DNA from: Octopus sinensis
Taxonomy: Eukaryota
Length of the DNA stretch: 64,000 nucleotides
NCBI RefSeq assembly: GCF_006345805.1
Contig: NC_043010.1
Coordinates: 60,574,001-60,638,000, forward strand
Direction: 5' to 3'
A program made the translations under genes and the position numbers. The notes beneath the pieces are model-generated. The model searched no databases, had not been told where the DNA came from, and saw only the letters and a list, made by a program, of their open reading frames with translations. This document shows positions 48,839-63,660 of the stretch, piece after piece (position 1 is the first letter of the stretch; every line of letters starts with the position of its first letter).

Positions 48839-51800
48839 ATGACAGCATATATTGGTCTACTGTGTCTTCTACATTTACTGATCAACCTTGTACTGTCCAT
48901 AGATATTACATACCATGTCAAAGAAGAAGACAGTCCTCACACCTATATAGGAGACATTGCTGTTGACTCCAACTTATCACACCCTCTCACACATCAACAA
49001 CACACTCTCATTACATTTACACAACTACAAAGGACAGTCGAGAGTGGTTCTCACTTATTTAATGTCACCAACTCAGGAAAACTATACACTACTCAAACAC
49101 TGGATGCTGAGTCTCTGTGTACATACAACAAGGAATGTTCCAGAATATTTAAAGTAGCAGTGAGGAAAGGAAAAACATTTATGAAGATTTTAAGGATAAA
49201 AATGTTAATAGAGGACATCAATGACCATTCGCCAGAATTTCCAAAGGACGAAGTTAAGATTCATTTTTCAGAAAGGGATAGTAAAGGAAGTAAAATTTCA
49301 CTGCTGAATGCTATTGATGAAGATATTTCAATAAAAAATTCTCAAATTACATACATGATTAAGAAAACTAAAAGAGGACCATTTTCTCTCTCAGTCACAA
49401 AGAGACGTGATGGTGTCTTCATACCTGAATTAATATTGGAAGACAAATTAGACAGAGAAATCAGAAACTCATATATGTTGACACTGGAAGCTAAAGATGG
49501 AGGCTACCCTCCAAAAACAGCTATACTCAAGGTACACATATCTGTAACAGATGTCAATGATAACACACCTGTATTTTTACAAGAAGTGTACAACATCTCT
49601 ATAAGTAATTCACATCAAAGACATTTACCAATCCTTACTTTAAAAGCCACAGATCAAGATTCTGGACAAAATGGAAAGATTTCTTACCATTTGAACCATA
49701 AAACATCTCGAAATATCCAGAAATATTTTGCGTTAGATAAGAAAACCGGAGATCTATTTTTACATGATAATTTTCATTTTAGTAAAAAGCAATCATATAA
49801 ATTATTTATTGAAGCACAGGACGAAGGAAATCCACCCTTAAGTTCTGTAACCAAAGTCCAGATTCACATAATTAATAACCAGAATACTGCTCCATTGATA
49901 AATATAGATTTTGTATCTCCTTTAACTGAGAGTTCAGCAGCAGTTTCAGAAGACAGTGAAGTAGATAGTTTTATAGCTTATGTTATGGTCACTGACACTG
50001 ATAGTGGACCTAATGGTGAGGTTATCTGTGATTTAAAACATGATAAGTTTAAACTTGCCAAAATAGATTCTAAAGAATATAAAATGATTGTTAAGGGCCA
50101 TCTTGACAGAGAAATAAGGGACCACTATAAAGTATCTATTGTGTGTCATGACATGGGGTCACCTCAACTAGAAAGTAAAAAATATTTCTCTGTCAAAGTA
50201 ACTGATGTCAATGATGTAGAACCACATTTTACCAAAGAGACATTCCAATTCCTCACCTATGAAAACCAGAAAGTTGACTTCCCTATTGGCTTCATCAATG
50301 CTACAGACCCGGATCTTGGAGATGGAGGCCAACTTACATATTCTATCATCAATGATAACAACAATGATAACATTCCTTTCCAACTGACAAAATATGGATT
50401 TATTTCTACATCACAACCAATAGATCGAGAAATGAAAGACATCTATAAGTTCAAGGTTTTAGTGAAAGATAATGGAACACCTTCTCTCAATGACACTGCC
50501 AATATTGTTATTGAGATTCTAGATAAAAATGATAATGCTCCGTATTTTACGTTTCCTAATAATGACCCTTACAATCTCGATGTCCACTACCATCCACACA
50601 GTAAGAAGGACATCACAATTCTGAGAGCATCTGACAAAGACACTGGAAACAATGCTTTCCTCACATATGGAATACTGAGATCCAATGATAAAAACCTGTT
50701 TACAGTGAACTCACACACTGGTGTGTTATCTTTCTCTCGCACAGTTTACCAAAATGATGCAGGAACATATGAGCTGCAGTTTATAGTGAAAGACGGTGGT
50801 ACTCCAGTTCAATCAGCAACAACTGCTATCATACTAACACTGTTTGTTAGTAATGATACATCTCCAATGTTGACTGCTGTGCCATTCCAGTCTGGTCACG
50901 ACCTGAATATGACTTGGGTAATTATCATTGTAGCAGCAGCTGTAATACTATCTGTGGCTATTGTAGTGTCCATAACACTGTGTGTTTTCAGATGTATTAA
51001 TCACACAAATAACTCACCCACAACAGCAGAGAATCCCAACTTTCTCTCTCAGACTGAGATGAGACAATTACTGTATCAGACTAACAATCCTGTTGCAATA
51101 ACGAGAAATGCAGAAGAGATATTTAACCGAAATCTTCAGACAATAAAATCTAAAAGTCAGTTTTTTCTGGAGATGGAACAGACACCGGATGAGTGGAAAT
51201 TCTCCACAACACAGAGGAGACTTCCACCTGTGCCTCAGGTAAATATTATTTTGGGTAATAGATGTTTTTGTTTTATGTCTTATTATTTTAAGAGTATTTT
51301 ATTCTTTATTCACATACGCACAATTATTACTACAGAAAACTCAACTTCAGTCCCTCTTGTGTACAAAATTTTTTGTCTTTAGTTAATATTTTTTGTATAG
51401 CTTTTGCTGTTTGAATTGATTATTTTGTATAATGTTACAGATATCAAAACAGTTACAGTATTCATTATAGAAATGCAATACACTTTATATACAAACAAAT
51501 AATTAGGAGTGATCTAAACTTGTATTGATATAAGATTCCTCTTTCTATAATCAACAGAGATGTGATTCAATCCATAGTCAAGGACGTCGCACCAGTTCCA
51601 TCATGTCTTACAACAGTGACACCTTAACATCCCAAAAGGACAGAGAAGCTAGCAAGAGTAATGGCAAGACTAAACCATATGATGAGATACCTGCAGAACC
51701 AGGTAACTTTTATCAAAACATAACATATAAATGTAATTGGCTTTATTACTGTAGGACAATATATAATGTTATGCTTAGTGTAATACAAGATCAATGTTTC

Positions 51801-51946
51801 TATCTTTATATATTGGAGTTGTTATATTGAAATGTAATTTGTGTGTGTGTATTTGATATTTTGCAGAATATACCAATGACAATCCAGTGGCAGCCACAAT
51901 ACTAAAGGGACAACAAATACAAGATACCTATCTACAGCCAACATAG
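48839..51946 (+). CDS. Pcdh: Protocadherin copy G, intact, 874 aa predicted
   Basis: join(48839..51238,51558..51702,51867..51946). 800-codon first coding exon (one extra residue in EC2, KRRDG). Confidence 0.93.
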
Positions 51947-52715
51947 TAGATGTTCCATGACTATTGTTAAATGATTCTCTCACACACCAAATCTTATACA
52001 ATACTTTATTTTCATATAAAATATCAACTCTATGTCTCTTTCACACATCACAAATAAAGGGCTTTACATTGGCATCTGTTATGACCCCTAAGTTACATTT
52101 CTGATGCATTCAATGCTAGAAATACCATACTTTATATTACCACAGTACATTAGTATAAAATTATTTTTTTTCCTTCATTTTGGTATAGGCATTTCACTAA
52201 ACATAGATAACTTCATCTGAGTCATCCTAGAATGTTTAATTGTAGCATCTTTTAGTTTAACACCAATTCTAACATGTAGCTTCTGCTGTTTTACCTTTAT
52301 TTACAACTTTTGTCTTTGCATTTTTTCCCTGTATCAACTCTAGAAGTACTTTTTCTAATTACCAGATTGAGAATTATTTTAGAGAAATAGCATACTACAA
52401 ACACCTAATCATATTTGAACTTTTGTTGAATTTTGAAATTGCAAAGTTTCATCTCTTACAAAGTCAGATATTGAAGATAAATTGATTTGGAAATATTTTC
52501 ATTTCCACACTTAAAATTAGTTTAATTTAAACTTTAATTAAAATGAACTTTAAAATTTATCAAGTTTTTGGTTGTCTTTACTAAAATTTACATCACTCTG
52601 CAGATATATTTAAAATTGTATAATAATAAGTTTTAAATTTCTCATGAAAATATTTAATCTCTGGACAGAAACTATGTAATATATTGTTATTATTACATAT
52701 CAGCTATTAAGTTCC

Positions 52716-53134
52716 TTCTGTTTAACATGACTTCTCTTGTTCGATGTGTTTGTGTGACACAGACAACATTGCAATAATTTCCTATTGGATGAGAGAGATT
52801 TTCTATATTTCTTTCAATATTGAAAGTGAGGCTGATAGCTTTTTTCTTTGTTCATCATACACACAATTGTGTGTGTGGAGGACATAGAGTTGTAACTAGC
52901 ACACACCAGCATCTGGCTAACATCTCACCTCCCACTACATACAGCAACTGTCACACTATTATATCAGCAGTTACACAGGAACAGCAGCAGCAGTAACACA
53001 GGAACACTACTACAACAGCAGCAGTACCACTATAATACCACTACAGCAGCAGCAGCAGCAGTTGGAGTGGAACACTACAGCAGGATACACATCATCCATC
53101 ACACACAACTACAGTGAAGGATTAAACAATGCAG

Positions 53135-53175
<41 letters not shown>

Positions 53176-53400
53176 TATTATCTTTTCATATTCATTATAA
53201 CATTTATATTATTTGTGTTTCTAATGAAAGACAGGGTAAGGATAATATCTAAAATGTCTGCCATGTTGTATATATACAGGGACTGGGACAGTGGGGATCG
53301 AGAGATCTAGCCATCACTTCCACCATTAACAACAACAACAACTGCAGTAGTCATTGTATTCAATTACTTTGAACTGGATTACGTCTTTTAATGTTAGAAT
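52716..53400 (+). promoter_or_regulatory. Conserved non-coding block 7
   Basis: ATTGG 52784, donor CAG|GTAAGT 53134/53135. Confidence 0.55.
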
Positions 53401-54206
53401 CACACAAGACAACATTATACAAGAGATATTAAACTATATGCATTGCTATGTTATATTTTATATTAAATTTTGATGTTATAAGTCCAAACGAGGTATATTA
53501 ATGTAATTGTCAGAAAACATTAATTGATATCTAATAAGACTGGCTGGTAATAATGTATGTTAGTATAGTTTCTTTCTGTATTGTTGTTATAATTCACTAA
53601 TTTAACCTTAATCTATATTTAGGTTTAATGAACTCTAGCAGATAATAAGTATTTCTTTATATATACCCTGTTAAATATCCATTATGTGTTTCTGTGTATA
53701 CAAAAAGCTACGACTTTGTCTTCATCGTCATCATCAATGTTATTTTTTAATATATTTATTAAGATTATTATCATTATTAAGATGGTGATAAATATAAGCT
53801 GAAGTAGATTTGTTTTTTAAGATATATATATATTTTATTGAAATGTGAATTAAATTAAAAATAAGTATTTGTGATGTTAATTATCTTACAAGCATTTTTT
53901 TACAATGTGACTTAATATGTATATTTTTAGCTATAATGTAAATTAATTCATAGGTGTTTAATTGTACTAAACTTTAAAATACTTAGTGTTTCATTTAAAC
54001 AATGTACTGCATCTGTCCTGACCAATATTTTGGTGAGACTGTATATCTCAATACAACAAAACTATTTGTTCAGTACTTATCAAACTCAAATAAGCACTGA
54101 ATCTTCAAAACATTGCTTTCACATAGTGAGACATAATATTGTCTTCAAATGAGTAAGTCTGAAAGATAAATAATGAGACATATTGAGAATTCAGTATAAA
54201 AGCTAC

Positions 54207-54416
54207 TATGAAGGTGACAGCTAATAGAATTGTTAGCTTGCCGGGAAAAATGCTCAGCAGCATTTCATCCATTTTTACATTCTGAGTTCCAATATTGCCA
54301 GGGCCAGCATTGCTTTTCATCCTTTCAGGATCAGTAAATTCAGTACCAGTTGAGCACTGGGGTACATGTAATCGATTTACCCTTTTCCCAAAGCTTGCTG
54401 GCATAATTTGAAACCC
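54207..54416 (+). mobile_element. SINE with target-site duplication
   Basis: TSD GTATAAAAGCTAC at 54194-54206 and 54417-54429; body of the 6823 family. Confidence 0.75.
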
Positions 54417-54542
54417 GTATAAAAGCTACCATGGTGCTTGTATATTCCACAAAGATAACTCTTACTCATTAATGAATTTTGCATCAGGAAAAGATGGTTT
54501 TAAAATTGTACAGTTAGGTGTAATAGAATGTATTTACAAATT

Positions 54543-54645
<103 letters not shown>

Positions 54646-54750
54646 CCATTGACCTGTTTGCTATTATTTGCATAAGTTATTTTATTTTCAATACTGCTGT
54701 TGTCTTTTGTAGCAATTTCTCCTGCTCAAATGTGATGAAGAATTCCAGAC

Positions 54751-57720
54751 ATGACAGCATATATTGGTCTACTGTGTCTTCTACATTTACTGATCACTCT
54801 TGTACTGTCCATAGATATTACATACCATGTCAAGGAAGAAGGCAGACCTCACACCTATATAGGAAACATTGCTGTTGACTCCAACTTATCACACCCTCTC
54901 ACACATCAACAACACACTCTCATTACATTTACACAACTACAAAGGACAGTCGAGAGTGGTTCTCACTTATTTAATGTCACCAACTCAGGAAAACTCTACA
55001 CTACTCAAACACTGGATGCTGAGTCTCTGTGTACATACAACAAAGAATGTTCCAGAATAGTTAAAGTCGCAGTGAGGAAAGAAGAAACATTTATGAAAAT
55101 TTAAGAATAAAATATTAATAGAAGACATCAATGACCATTCTCCAAAATTTCCAAAGAATGAAGTCACAATTCAGTTTTTTGAAAGAGACAGTAAAGGAGA
55201 TAAAATACCTCTTCCAAATGCAGTTGATGAAGATATTTCGATAAAGAATTCTCAAATTAGATATACAGTTAAGAAAAGTAAAAGAGAAGCATTTTCTCTC
55301 TCTATCACAAAGCGACATGATGGTGTATTCATACCTGAATTAATATTAGAAGATAAATTAGACAGGGAAGTGAAAGACTCATATATGTTCACTCTACAAG
55401 CTACAGATGGAGGAAATCCTCCCAACACAGCTACAATCAAGGTACACATATCTGTAACAGATGTCAATGATAATACACCTGTATTTTCACAGAAACTCTA
55501 CAACATCTCTATAAGTAATTCACATCAAAGACATTTACCAATCCTAACTTTAAAAGCCACAGATCAAGATTCTGGAGACAATGGAAAGATTTCTTATCAT
55601 TTCAACCATAAAACATCTCGAAATATCCAAAAATATTTTGTATTAAATAAGAAGACCGGAGATCTATTTTTACATGACAATTTTCAGTTTAGTAAAAAGC
55701 AGACATATAAATTATTTATTGAAGCACAGGATGAAGGGAGTTCACCCTTAAGTTCTGTAACCAAAGTCCAGATTCACATAATTAATAACCAAAATACTGC
55801 TCCATTGATAAACGTAGATTTTGTATCTCCTTTATCAGAGAGCTCAGCAGCAGTTTCAGAAGCAAGTAAAATTGGTAGTTTTATAGCTTATGTTATGGTC
55901 ACTGACACTGATAGTGGACCTAATGGTGAGATTATCTGTGATTTAAAACATGATAAATTTAAACTTGCCAAAATAGATTCTAAAGAATATAAAATGGTTG
56001 TTAAGGGCCATCTTGACAGAGAAATGAGGGACCACTATAAAGTATCTATTGTGTGTCATGACATGGGGTCACCTCAACTAGAAAGTAAAAAATATTTCTC
56101 TGTCAAAGTAACTGATGTCAATGATGTAGAACCACATTTTACCAAAGAGACATTCCAATTCCTCACCTATGAAAACCAGAAAGTTGACTTCCCTATTGGC
56201 TTCATCAATGCTACAGACCAAGATCTTGGAGATGGAGGCCAACTTACATATTCTATCATCAATGATAACAACAATGATAACATTCCTTTCCAACTGACAA
56301 AATATGGATTCATTTCTACATCACAATCAATAGATCGAGAAATGAAAGACATCTATAAGTTCAAGGTTTTAGTGAAAGATAATGGAACACCTTCTCTCAA
56401 TGACACTGCCAATATTGTTATGAGATTCTAGATAAAAATGATAATGCTCCGTATTTTACGTTTCCTAATAATGACCCTTACAATCTCGATGTCCACTACC
56501 ATCCACACAGTAAGAAGGACATCACAATTCTGAAAGCATCTGACAAAGACACTGGAAACAATGCTTTCCTCACATATGGAATACTGAGATCCAATGATAA
56601 AAACCTGTTTACAGTGAACTCACACACTGGTGTGTTATCTTTCTCTCGCTCAGTTTACCAAAATGATGCAGGAACATATGAGCTGCAGTTTATAGTGAAA
56701 GACGGTGGTACTCCAGTTCAATCAGCAACAACTGCTATCATACTAACACTGTTTGTTAGTAATGATACATCTCCAATGTTGACTGCTGTGCCATTCCAGT
56801 CTGGTCACGACCTGAATATGACTTGGGTAATTATCATTGTAGCAGCAGCTGTAATACTATCTGTGGCTATTGTAGTGTCCATAACACTGTGTGTTTTCAG
56901 ATGTATTAATCACACAAATAACTCACCCACAACAGCAGAGAATCCCAACTTTCTCTCTCAGACTGAGATGAGACAATTACTGTATCAGACTAACAATCCT
57001 GTTGCAATAACGAGAAATGCAGAAGAGATATTTAACCGAAATCTTCAGACAATAAAATCTAAAAGTCAGTTTTTTCTGGAGATGGAACAGACACCAGATG
57101 AGTGGAAATTCTCAACAACACAAAGGAGACTTCCACCTGTGCCTCAGGTAAATATTATTTTGGATAATTGATGTTTCTCTGCTTATTATTATAAAGGTAG
57201 AAGTATTTTATCCATTATTCACGTATGTACAGTTATTACTGCAAAAAAACTCAACTTCAGTCCCTCAGACTGTTTTATTAGGATTGATCTAAACTTGTAT
57301 TTATACAAGATTCCACTTTCTACTATCCACAGAGATGTGATTCAATCCATAGTCAAGACGTCGTACCAGTTCCATCATGTCTTACAACAGTGACACCTTA
57401 ACATCCCAAAAGGACAGAGAAGCTAGCAAGAGTAATGGCAAGACTAAACCATATGATGAGATACCTGCAGAACCAGGTAACTTTTATCAAAACATAACAT
57501 ATAAATGTAATTGCCTTTATTACTGTAGGACAATATATAATGTTATGCTTAGTGTAATACAAGATCAATGTTTCTATCTTTATATATTGGAGTTGTTATA
57601 TTGAAATGTAATTTGTGTTTGTATATTTGATATTTTGCAGAATATACCAATGACAATCCAGTGGCAGCCACAATACTAAAGGGACAACAAATACAAGATA
57701 CCTATCTACAGCCAACATAG
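54751..57720 (+). CDS. Pcdh: Protocadherin copy H; frameshifts near 55102, 56418 and 57356
   Basis: join(54751..57147,57333..57476,57641..57720). Exon 2 is 144 rather than 145 nt; otherwise colinear with intact copies. Confidence 0.82.
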
Positions 57721-58485
57721 TAGATGTTCCATGACTATTGTTAAATGATTCTCTCACACACCAAATCTTATACAATACTATATATTCATATAAAAATATC
57801 AACTCTATGTTTCTTTCACACATAAGGGGCCTATATTGGCATCTCTTATAACCCCCAATTTACCCCTTGATACTTTAAATTTCAACAAAAACCCTAGATT
57901 ACCATAGTACATTATTATAAAATAGTAATTTTACTCTCAGTTTTCTTTTAAGGATTTCATTAAAAATAGATAACTTAATTGAATCATCTTAAAATTTTAT
58001 TCATACTATGTTTTCGTTGGAGACCAATTCTAACATATACCTTCTGCTATTTTACTTTTATTTACAACTTTTCTCTTAGCCTTTTCTTTTTTTCAACTCT
58101 AGAAGTATTTTTACCAATTACCATCCTTATAGATGGATAATTGTTGTAGTGGTAAATAGTTCACCTTTAAAAGTTTAAGATAGATAGCATACTACAAACA
58201 CATAGTTTTGTTAAATTTTAAAATTGAAAACATCAAATATTGGAGATAGATTAGAATATTTCTAAAAAATCCATTTTTGTTTTCAAAATGATTATTTGGA
58301 AAATTTTCATTTCCATGTTTAAAATTAGGTTAATTTATACTTGAATTGAAACAAACTTTGAAAGTAGTCAAAATATGGTTGTCTCTACTAAAATTTTCAT
58401 CTGTTTGAAAAAAAAAGATTTTTAGTTTCTTAGCATGAAATATGTAATATAGTAATATTATTACATATCAACTATGAAGTTCCTT

Positions 58486-59165
58486 TTGTTTAACATGATT
58501 TCTGTTACTTGATGTGTTTGTGTGACACAGACATCATTGCAGTAATTTCCTATTGGATGAGAGAGATTTTCTATATTTCTTTCAATATTGAAAGTGAGGC
58601 TGATAGCTTTTTTCTTTGTTCATCATACACACAATTGTGTGTGTGTGTGTGTGTGTGGAGGACATAGGGTTGTAACTAGCACACACCAGCATCTGGCTAA
58701 CATCTCACCTCCCACTACATACAGCAACTGTCACACTATTATATCAGCAGTTACACAGGAACAGCAGCAGCAGTAACACAGGAACACTACTACAACAGCA
58801 GCAGTACCACTATAATACCACTACAGCAGCAGCAGCAGCAGTTAGAGTGGAACACTACAGCAGGATACACATCATCCATCACACACAACTACAGTGAAGG
58901 ATTAAACAATGCAGGTAAGTCTCCCTCTCTCTCCCTTTCTTCTCTTTATTATCTTTTCATATTCATTATAACATTTATATTATTTGTGTTTCTAGTGAAA
59001 GACAGGGTAAGGATAATATCTAAAATGTCTGCCATGTTGTATATATACAGGGACTGGGACAGTGGAGGATCGAGAGATCTAGCCATCACTTCCACCATTA
59101 ACAACAACTGCAGTAGACATTGTAATATAATTACTTCAAACTGGATTATGTCTTTTAATGTTAGA
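58486..59165 (+). promoter_or_regulatory. Conserved non-coding block 8
   Basis: ATTGG 58552, donor CAG|GTAAGT 58914/58915. Confidence 0.55.
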
Positions 59166-59432
59166 ATCATACAAGACACATTATACAAGAAATATTAGAC
59201 TATATACATATGTATTGCTATGATATATTTTACATACAATAGTGGTCTAATTTAATCCAAACTACCTGCATATAAATTTATTTAACCGTTAGAAAACACT
59301 GATTGATAGCCAATAACATTGTGTGTTAATAACGTATGTCAGTATAGTTTCTATCTGTTTTGTCGTAATAATTCACTAATTAGCTTTAATGAACTGTAAC
59401 AGAACATTAATATCTATCTTTATGTGTATGTA

Positions 59433-59464
<32 letters not shown>

Positions 59465-60495
59465 CATGCCTTGTTAAATATCCATTCTATATTTCTTTGT
59501 ATATAATAAACTAAGAATATTTCATTATCATCATCATCATCTCATTATTACTATTTTTATTATTTAGACGGCAATAAATATAATTTAGTGTTGATTTACT
59601 TTTTAAGATATTTAGTGTGTAATATAAACTGATGATATTGTCCTGTGTTGCTAAAATATATTAACTCTGACAACAATTGATGAATTCTGAAGATTTGTTG
59701 AGAATTTTATGAGAATACCATCATCTGCTTTCTACAAACTGACATTACATTGTTATAGTTATTATAATATAACAAAATATTTCTCAAATATATTATATGT
59801 AGCAGTATGTTATGAAGCCTACTTATCGTTTGTAGTAAATATTGTTTAAAATAGTTTTGTTGTGATTTATTCAATTTAAAATTTCCACATATTATATGGA
59901 AATTATGATTTTTTTTTTTAAGCAATTTGCGTTTTATTATCTTAATCTTTCTTTTATTAAAGATACGTTGTAAAACATTTCTACATAATTTTATAAATTA
60001 TTTTGTCCCTGTTATTAATGTCACTATATCATTTTTAATAATTGTTGTCAAAATATGTATTATGAAGAAAGTTTTCTGCATCCCACAACAAGATTATTTA
60101 AGTTCTGTCACTAGAACAATATTTCTTTCTTCCTTCAAATTCCAACCCACTCAGTACTTTCACTAACATAGAGCTTAACCATATCATTAGTGCTCCATCC
60201 ACTCATTGAACTCCCACCATCTACTATTATTTTGTTCCTTATGCACCTTTTTTCCTATGATTCACTATTAGCAAAGAACTAGAACAATATCTTTCTCTGT
60301 GTTTATTATACACTGTTAAAAAGCTAATGCAGTACACATTTTTACTGTGCAATTTTGTAAACACTAGTGAACCATTCCTACTTGTTGTTCAACATTTATT
60401 ATTATATTTTACATACATTAACACCCAGCTATGGATCCAGTGCTTAAAAGAAGTGCTTCGCACAAACGTCTCTCAGACACACAGCGTTCAAATTA

Positions 60496-60726
60496 AGAGT
60501 GGGTGCTGAAAAGTTCCTGGCTTTAAGTAAAAGAAAATACAATAAATTATGGCTTTATTCAATATATTCTCTCTTATTCAACACATTCAACATATTCCCT
60601 CTCAGATTTACAAAATGCAGTGGTCATTCAGTTGTTCTAAGCCCTGTAAAAGAACTCAGAAGGTTGGACCTCCAACCAGACCTTTCATAATACCCTTAAA
60701 GCAAGGAACTTTTCAGCACCCCCTCA
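60496..60726. mobile_element. Tc1/mariner-type MITE
   Basis: TIRs GAGTGGGTGCTGAAAAGTTCCTGGCTTTAAG / CTTAAAGCAAGGAACTTTTCAGCACCCCCTC. TA dinucleotides flank at 60494-60495 and 60727-60728. Confidence 0.8.
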
Positions 60727-61924
60727 TATTTCAGAAAATCAAATTTATTTGTAAAGAACAATGTTTGGTGTTTGAGTTTTATGCTACAAGAACTGTCTCC
60801 TTTATGCATTGAAACATGGCTGGGACCATATTAGGTCAGATAATTACAATAAATGAAGAGAAACTAGTAAAATGGCTTGCTAGTGTTTACCAAAACCTTA
60901 TGCCTCTTCTAGCACCACCAAAATAAGAGAAGTATGCCAAATTTAGTGGTGGAATTCAGTACCTGGCCATAGGTAACTGAAGGTAGACTATACTATTAAG
61001 AAATAACATTTTCTTATGTATTTTAAATGGATACAAATTGCTCTTACACCATGTGATGTGTATGAATGTTTGTGTGATCTCTATTAGTCACTTTCTCACT
61101 ATTCAATCTGCACTCATCCTCTCTTGTTCTCTGTGCCATGTCACGTGTGTTACAAGAGATGTTATTTGACTTACCTGTATCCACACAGCCCTACCCCATC
61201 CTTATCACTCTACATCCCTTGCCCATCATACAACCAATGTGTAAGGGATTATGTCACCCAATACATTCCACCATTATTCTTTTTGTACTGCCAGTCATTT
61301 GTCATCACTCTCTTTCCTCAGAACCACTTGTTATTGACATCTGTCACTCACACTTACCAATGTTCTCCTCTATTACCATCCATCACCCTCCCTCTCTCAA
61401 CCTTTAATCACTCACTCAACTCAATCACTCTTTTTCTTCTTCTATCCTGTCATCCCCTTGTCATTTGTGTTATGATGGACATGACAACCTCTCTAGTGCA
61501 GGTGTCACAATAACATACGCACAGTCCACTCTGTAAAGTGGCTAGTGAATGAGTTGAGGCATTAAGCCATAGACACCTGAACAAAAATGAGACATACAAG
61601 TGAGATATAGTCTTCTGAACCATTGTAGAGGACTGTAAACTCTGAATATAACTAGACTCAGACTTTTCCAACAGGTTCTAGCATAGAAAAGAGATGCAGA
61701 ATGGCATTGAGGATAATGTGTGGAAGTTATTAGGTAAAGTTTGTCCTCTGGTAGTTTAGCGGATAATAAGAATATTTAAAATAGCAACCATCAAAATGCG
61801 GTGTCACCGTGACCCTGAAAGGATCACAAGAAATAGCTTAAATAAGAACAAAAGGGCTTCACATCAATACTGCTAAGAAATCACTCATTAAAGCCAACAT
61901 GCTACAGTTTGGAACAGAACCATC

Positions 61925-62690
61925 TTCATCATCATCATCATCATCATCGTTTAACATCCCCCTTCCATGCTGGCATGGGGTGGACAGTTTGACAGGAGTT
62001 GTCCAGGTGGGAGCCTGCACCATGCTTCTAAGTGTGTTTGGCATGGTTTTTACAGCTGGATGCCCTTCCTAACACCAACCACTCCATAGAGTGGGCTGAG
62101 TGCTTTTTATGTGACACTTGCACAGATGAGGTCAGTTTTGGCATGGTATTTTACAACAGGATGCCCTTCCAAATGCCAATCACTTTACAATCCAGTGTCA
62201 TTTCCTCTGTGAGGCAACACATCCTGAGATCAGTTCTCACCATTTCATCCCATGTCTTCCTGGGTCTCCCTTTTCCACAGACACCATCCACTTTCAGTGA
62301 CAGACACTTCTTTATACAACTGTCTTCATTCATACACATCACATGTCCAAACCATCATAGTCTTCTCTCTTGCATGCTGCATTTGATTCCTTTTATACCC
62401 AACTCTTCTCTCAACACATTTGCGCTTTATCATCCATGCACATTGACACTGCATATCCAGTGGAGCATACCACTGTTGTTCCTCTCTAGTCTACAAGTGT
62501 CCTCTGCATTCAGAGCCCATGTCTCACTGCCATGGAGTATAGCTATTCATATACATGCATCATACAATCTACCTTTCAAGCTAAAAGAGAGTCCTTTTGT
62601 TGCCAACAGAGGTAATAGCTCTCTGAAATTTCTCCATCCTATTTGTATTCTAGAAACAATACTTTCAGAGCATACACCAACACCCCACCA
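61925..62690 (-). mobile_element. 5'-truncated RTE-clade LINE
   Basis: Minus peptides GWRNFRELLPLL, LHGSETWALNAED, ERRL*WFGHV, KGRPRKTWDEMVRTDL. (GAT)n tail at ~61925-61948. Confidence 0.85.
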
Positions 62691-63139
62691 CCCCATTGCT
62701 AATTTGGTACCTGTTTATAGCCAGTTACACTGGCCATTGGGGAGTTAGGTATCCTGGTTATGAACACAATACAGAGCTAGAGATTGCTCTTACTTTCAAG
62801 TGTAATCTTTTAGCTACAATTTTTAATATATATAATGTGTGTGTGTGTAAATACACACACACTTTATATGGTCAATTAATTCATAGGTGTTTAATTGTAC
62901 TAAATTTTAAAATACTTAGTGTTTCATTTAAACAATGTACTGCATCTGTCCCGACCAATATTTTGGTGAGACTGTGTATCTCAATACAACTAAAACTATT
63001 TGTTCAGTACTTATCAGAGTCAGATGAGCACTGAATCATCGAAACATTGCTTTCGCATAGTGACACATAATATTGTTTTTAAATGAGTTAGTCTGAAAGA
63101 TAAATAATGAGACATATTGATAATTCAGTATAAAAGCTA

Positions 63140-63348
63140 TGAAGGTGATGGGATGGTGGAATTGTTAGCTTGCCAGGCAAAATGCTCAGTGGCATTTCAT
63201 CCATTTTTACATTCTGAGTTCCAATATTGCCAGGGCCAACATAGCATTTCATCCTTTCGGGTTCAATAAATTCAGTACCAATTGAGCACTGGAGTACATG
63301 TAATCAATTTACCCTTTTCCCCAAGTTTGCTTGCAAAATTTGAAACCT
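63140..63348 (+). mobile_element. SINE with TSD, paralogous insertion to 54207-54416
   Basis: TSD GTATAAAAGCTA at 63128-63139 and 63349-63360; same flanks as the 54207 copy. Confidence 0.75.
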
Positions 63349-63497
63349 GTATAAAAGCTACCATGGTGCTTGTATATTCCACAAAGATAACTCTTACTCA
63401 CTAATGAATGTCACATCAGGAAAAGATGGTTTTTAAATTGTACATTTGGGTATAATAGAATGTATTTACAGATATATATGTGTGTGTGTGTGTATAC

Positions 63498-63536
<39 letters not shown>

Positions 63537-63660
63537 CATATATATATATATATTAACATTGACCTGTTTGCTATTATTTCCATAAGTTATTTTATTTTCA
63601 ATACTGCTGTTGTCTTTTGTAGCAGTTTCTCCTGCTGAAATGTGATGAAGAATTCCAGAC

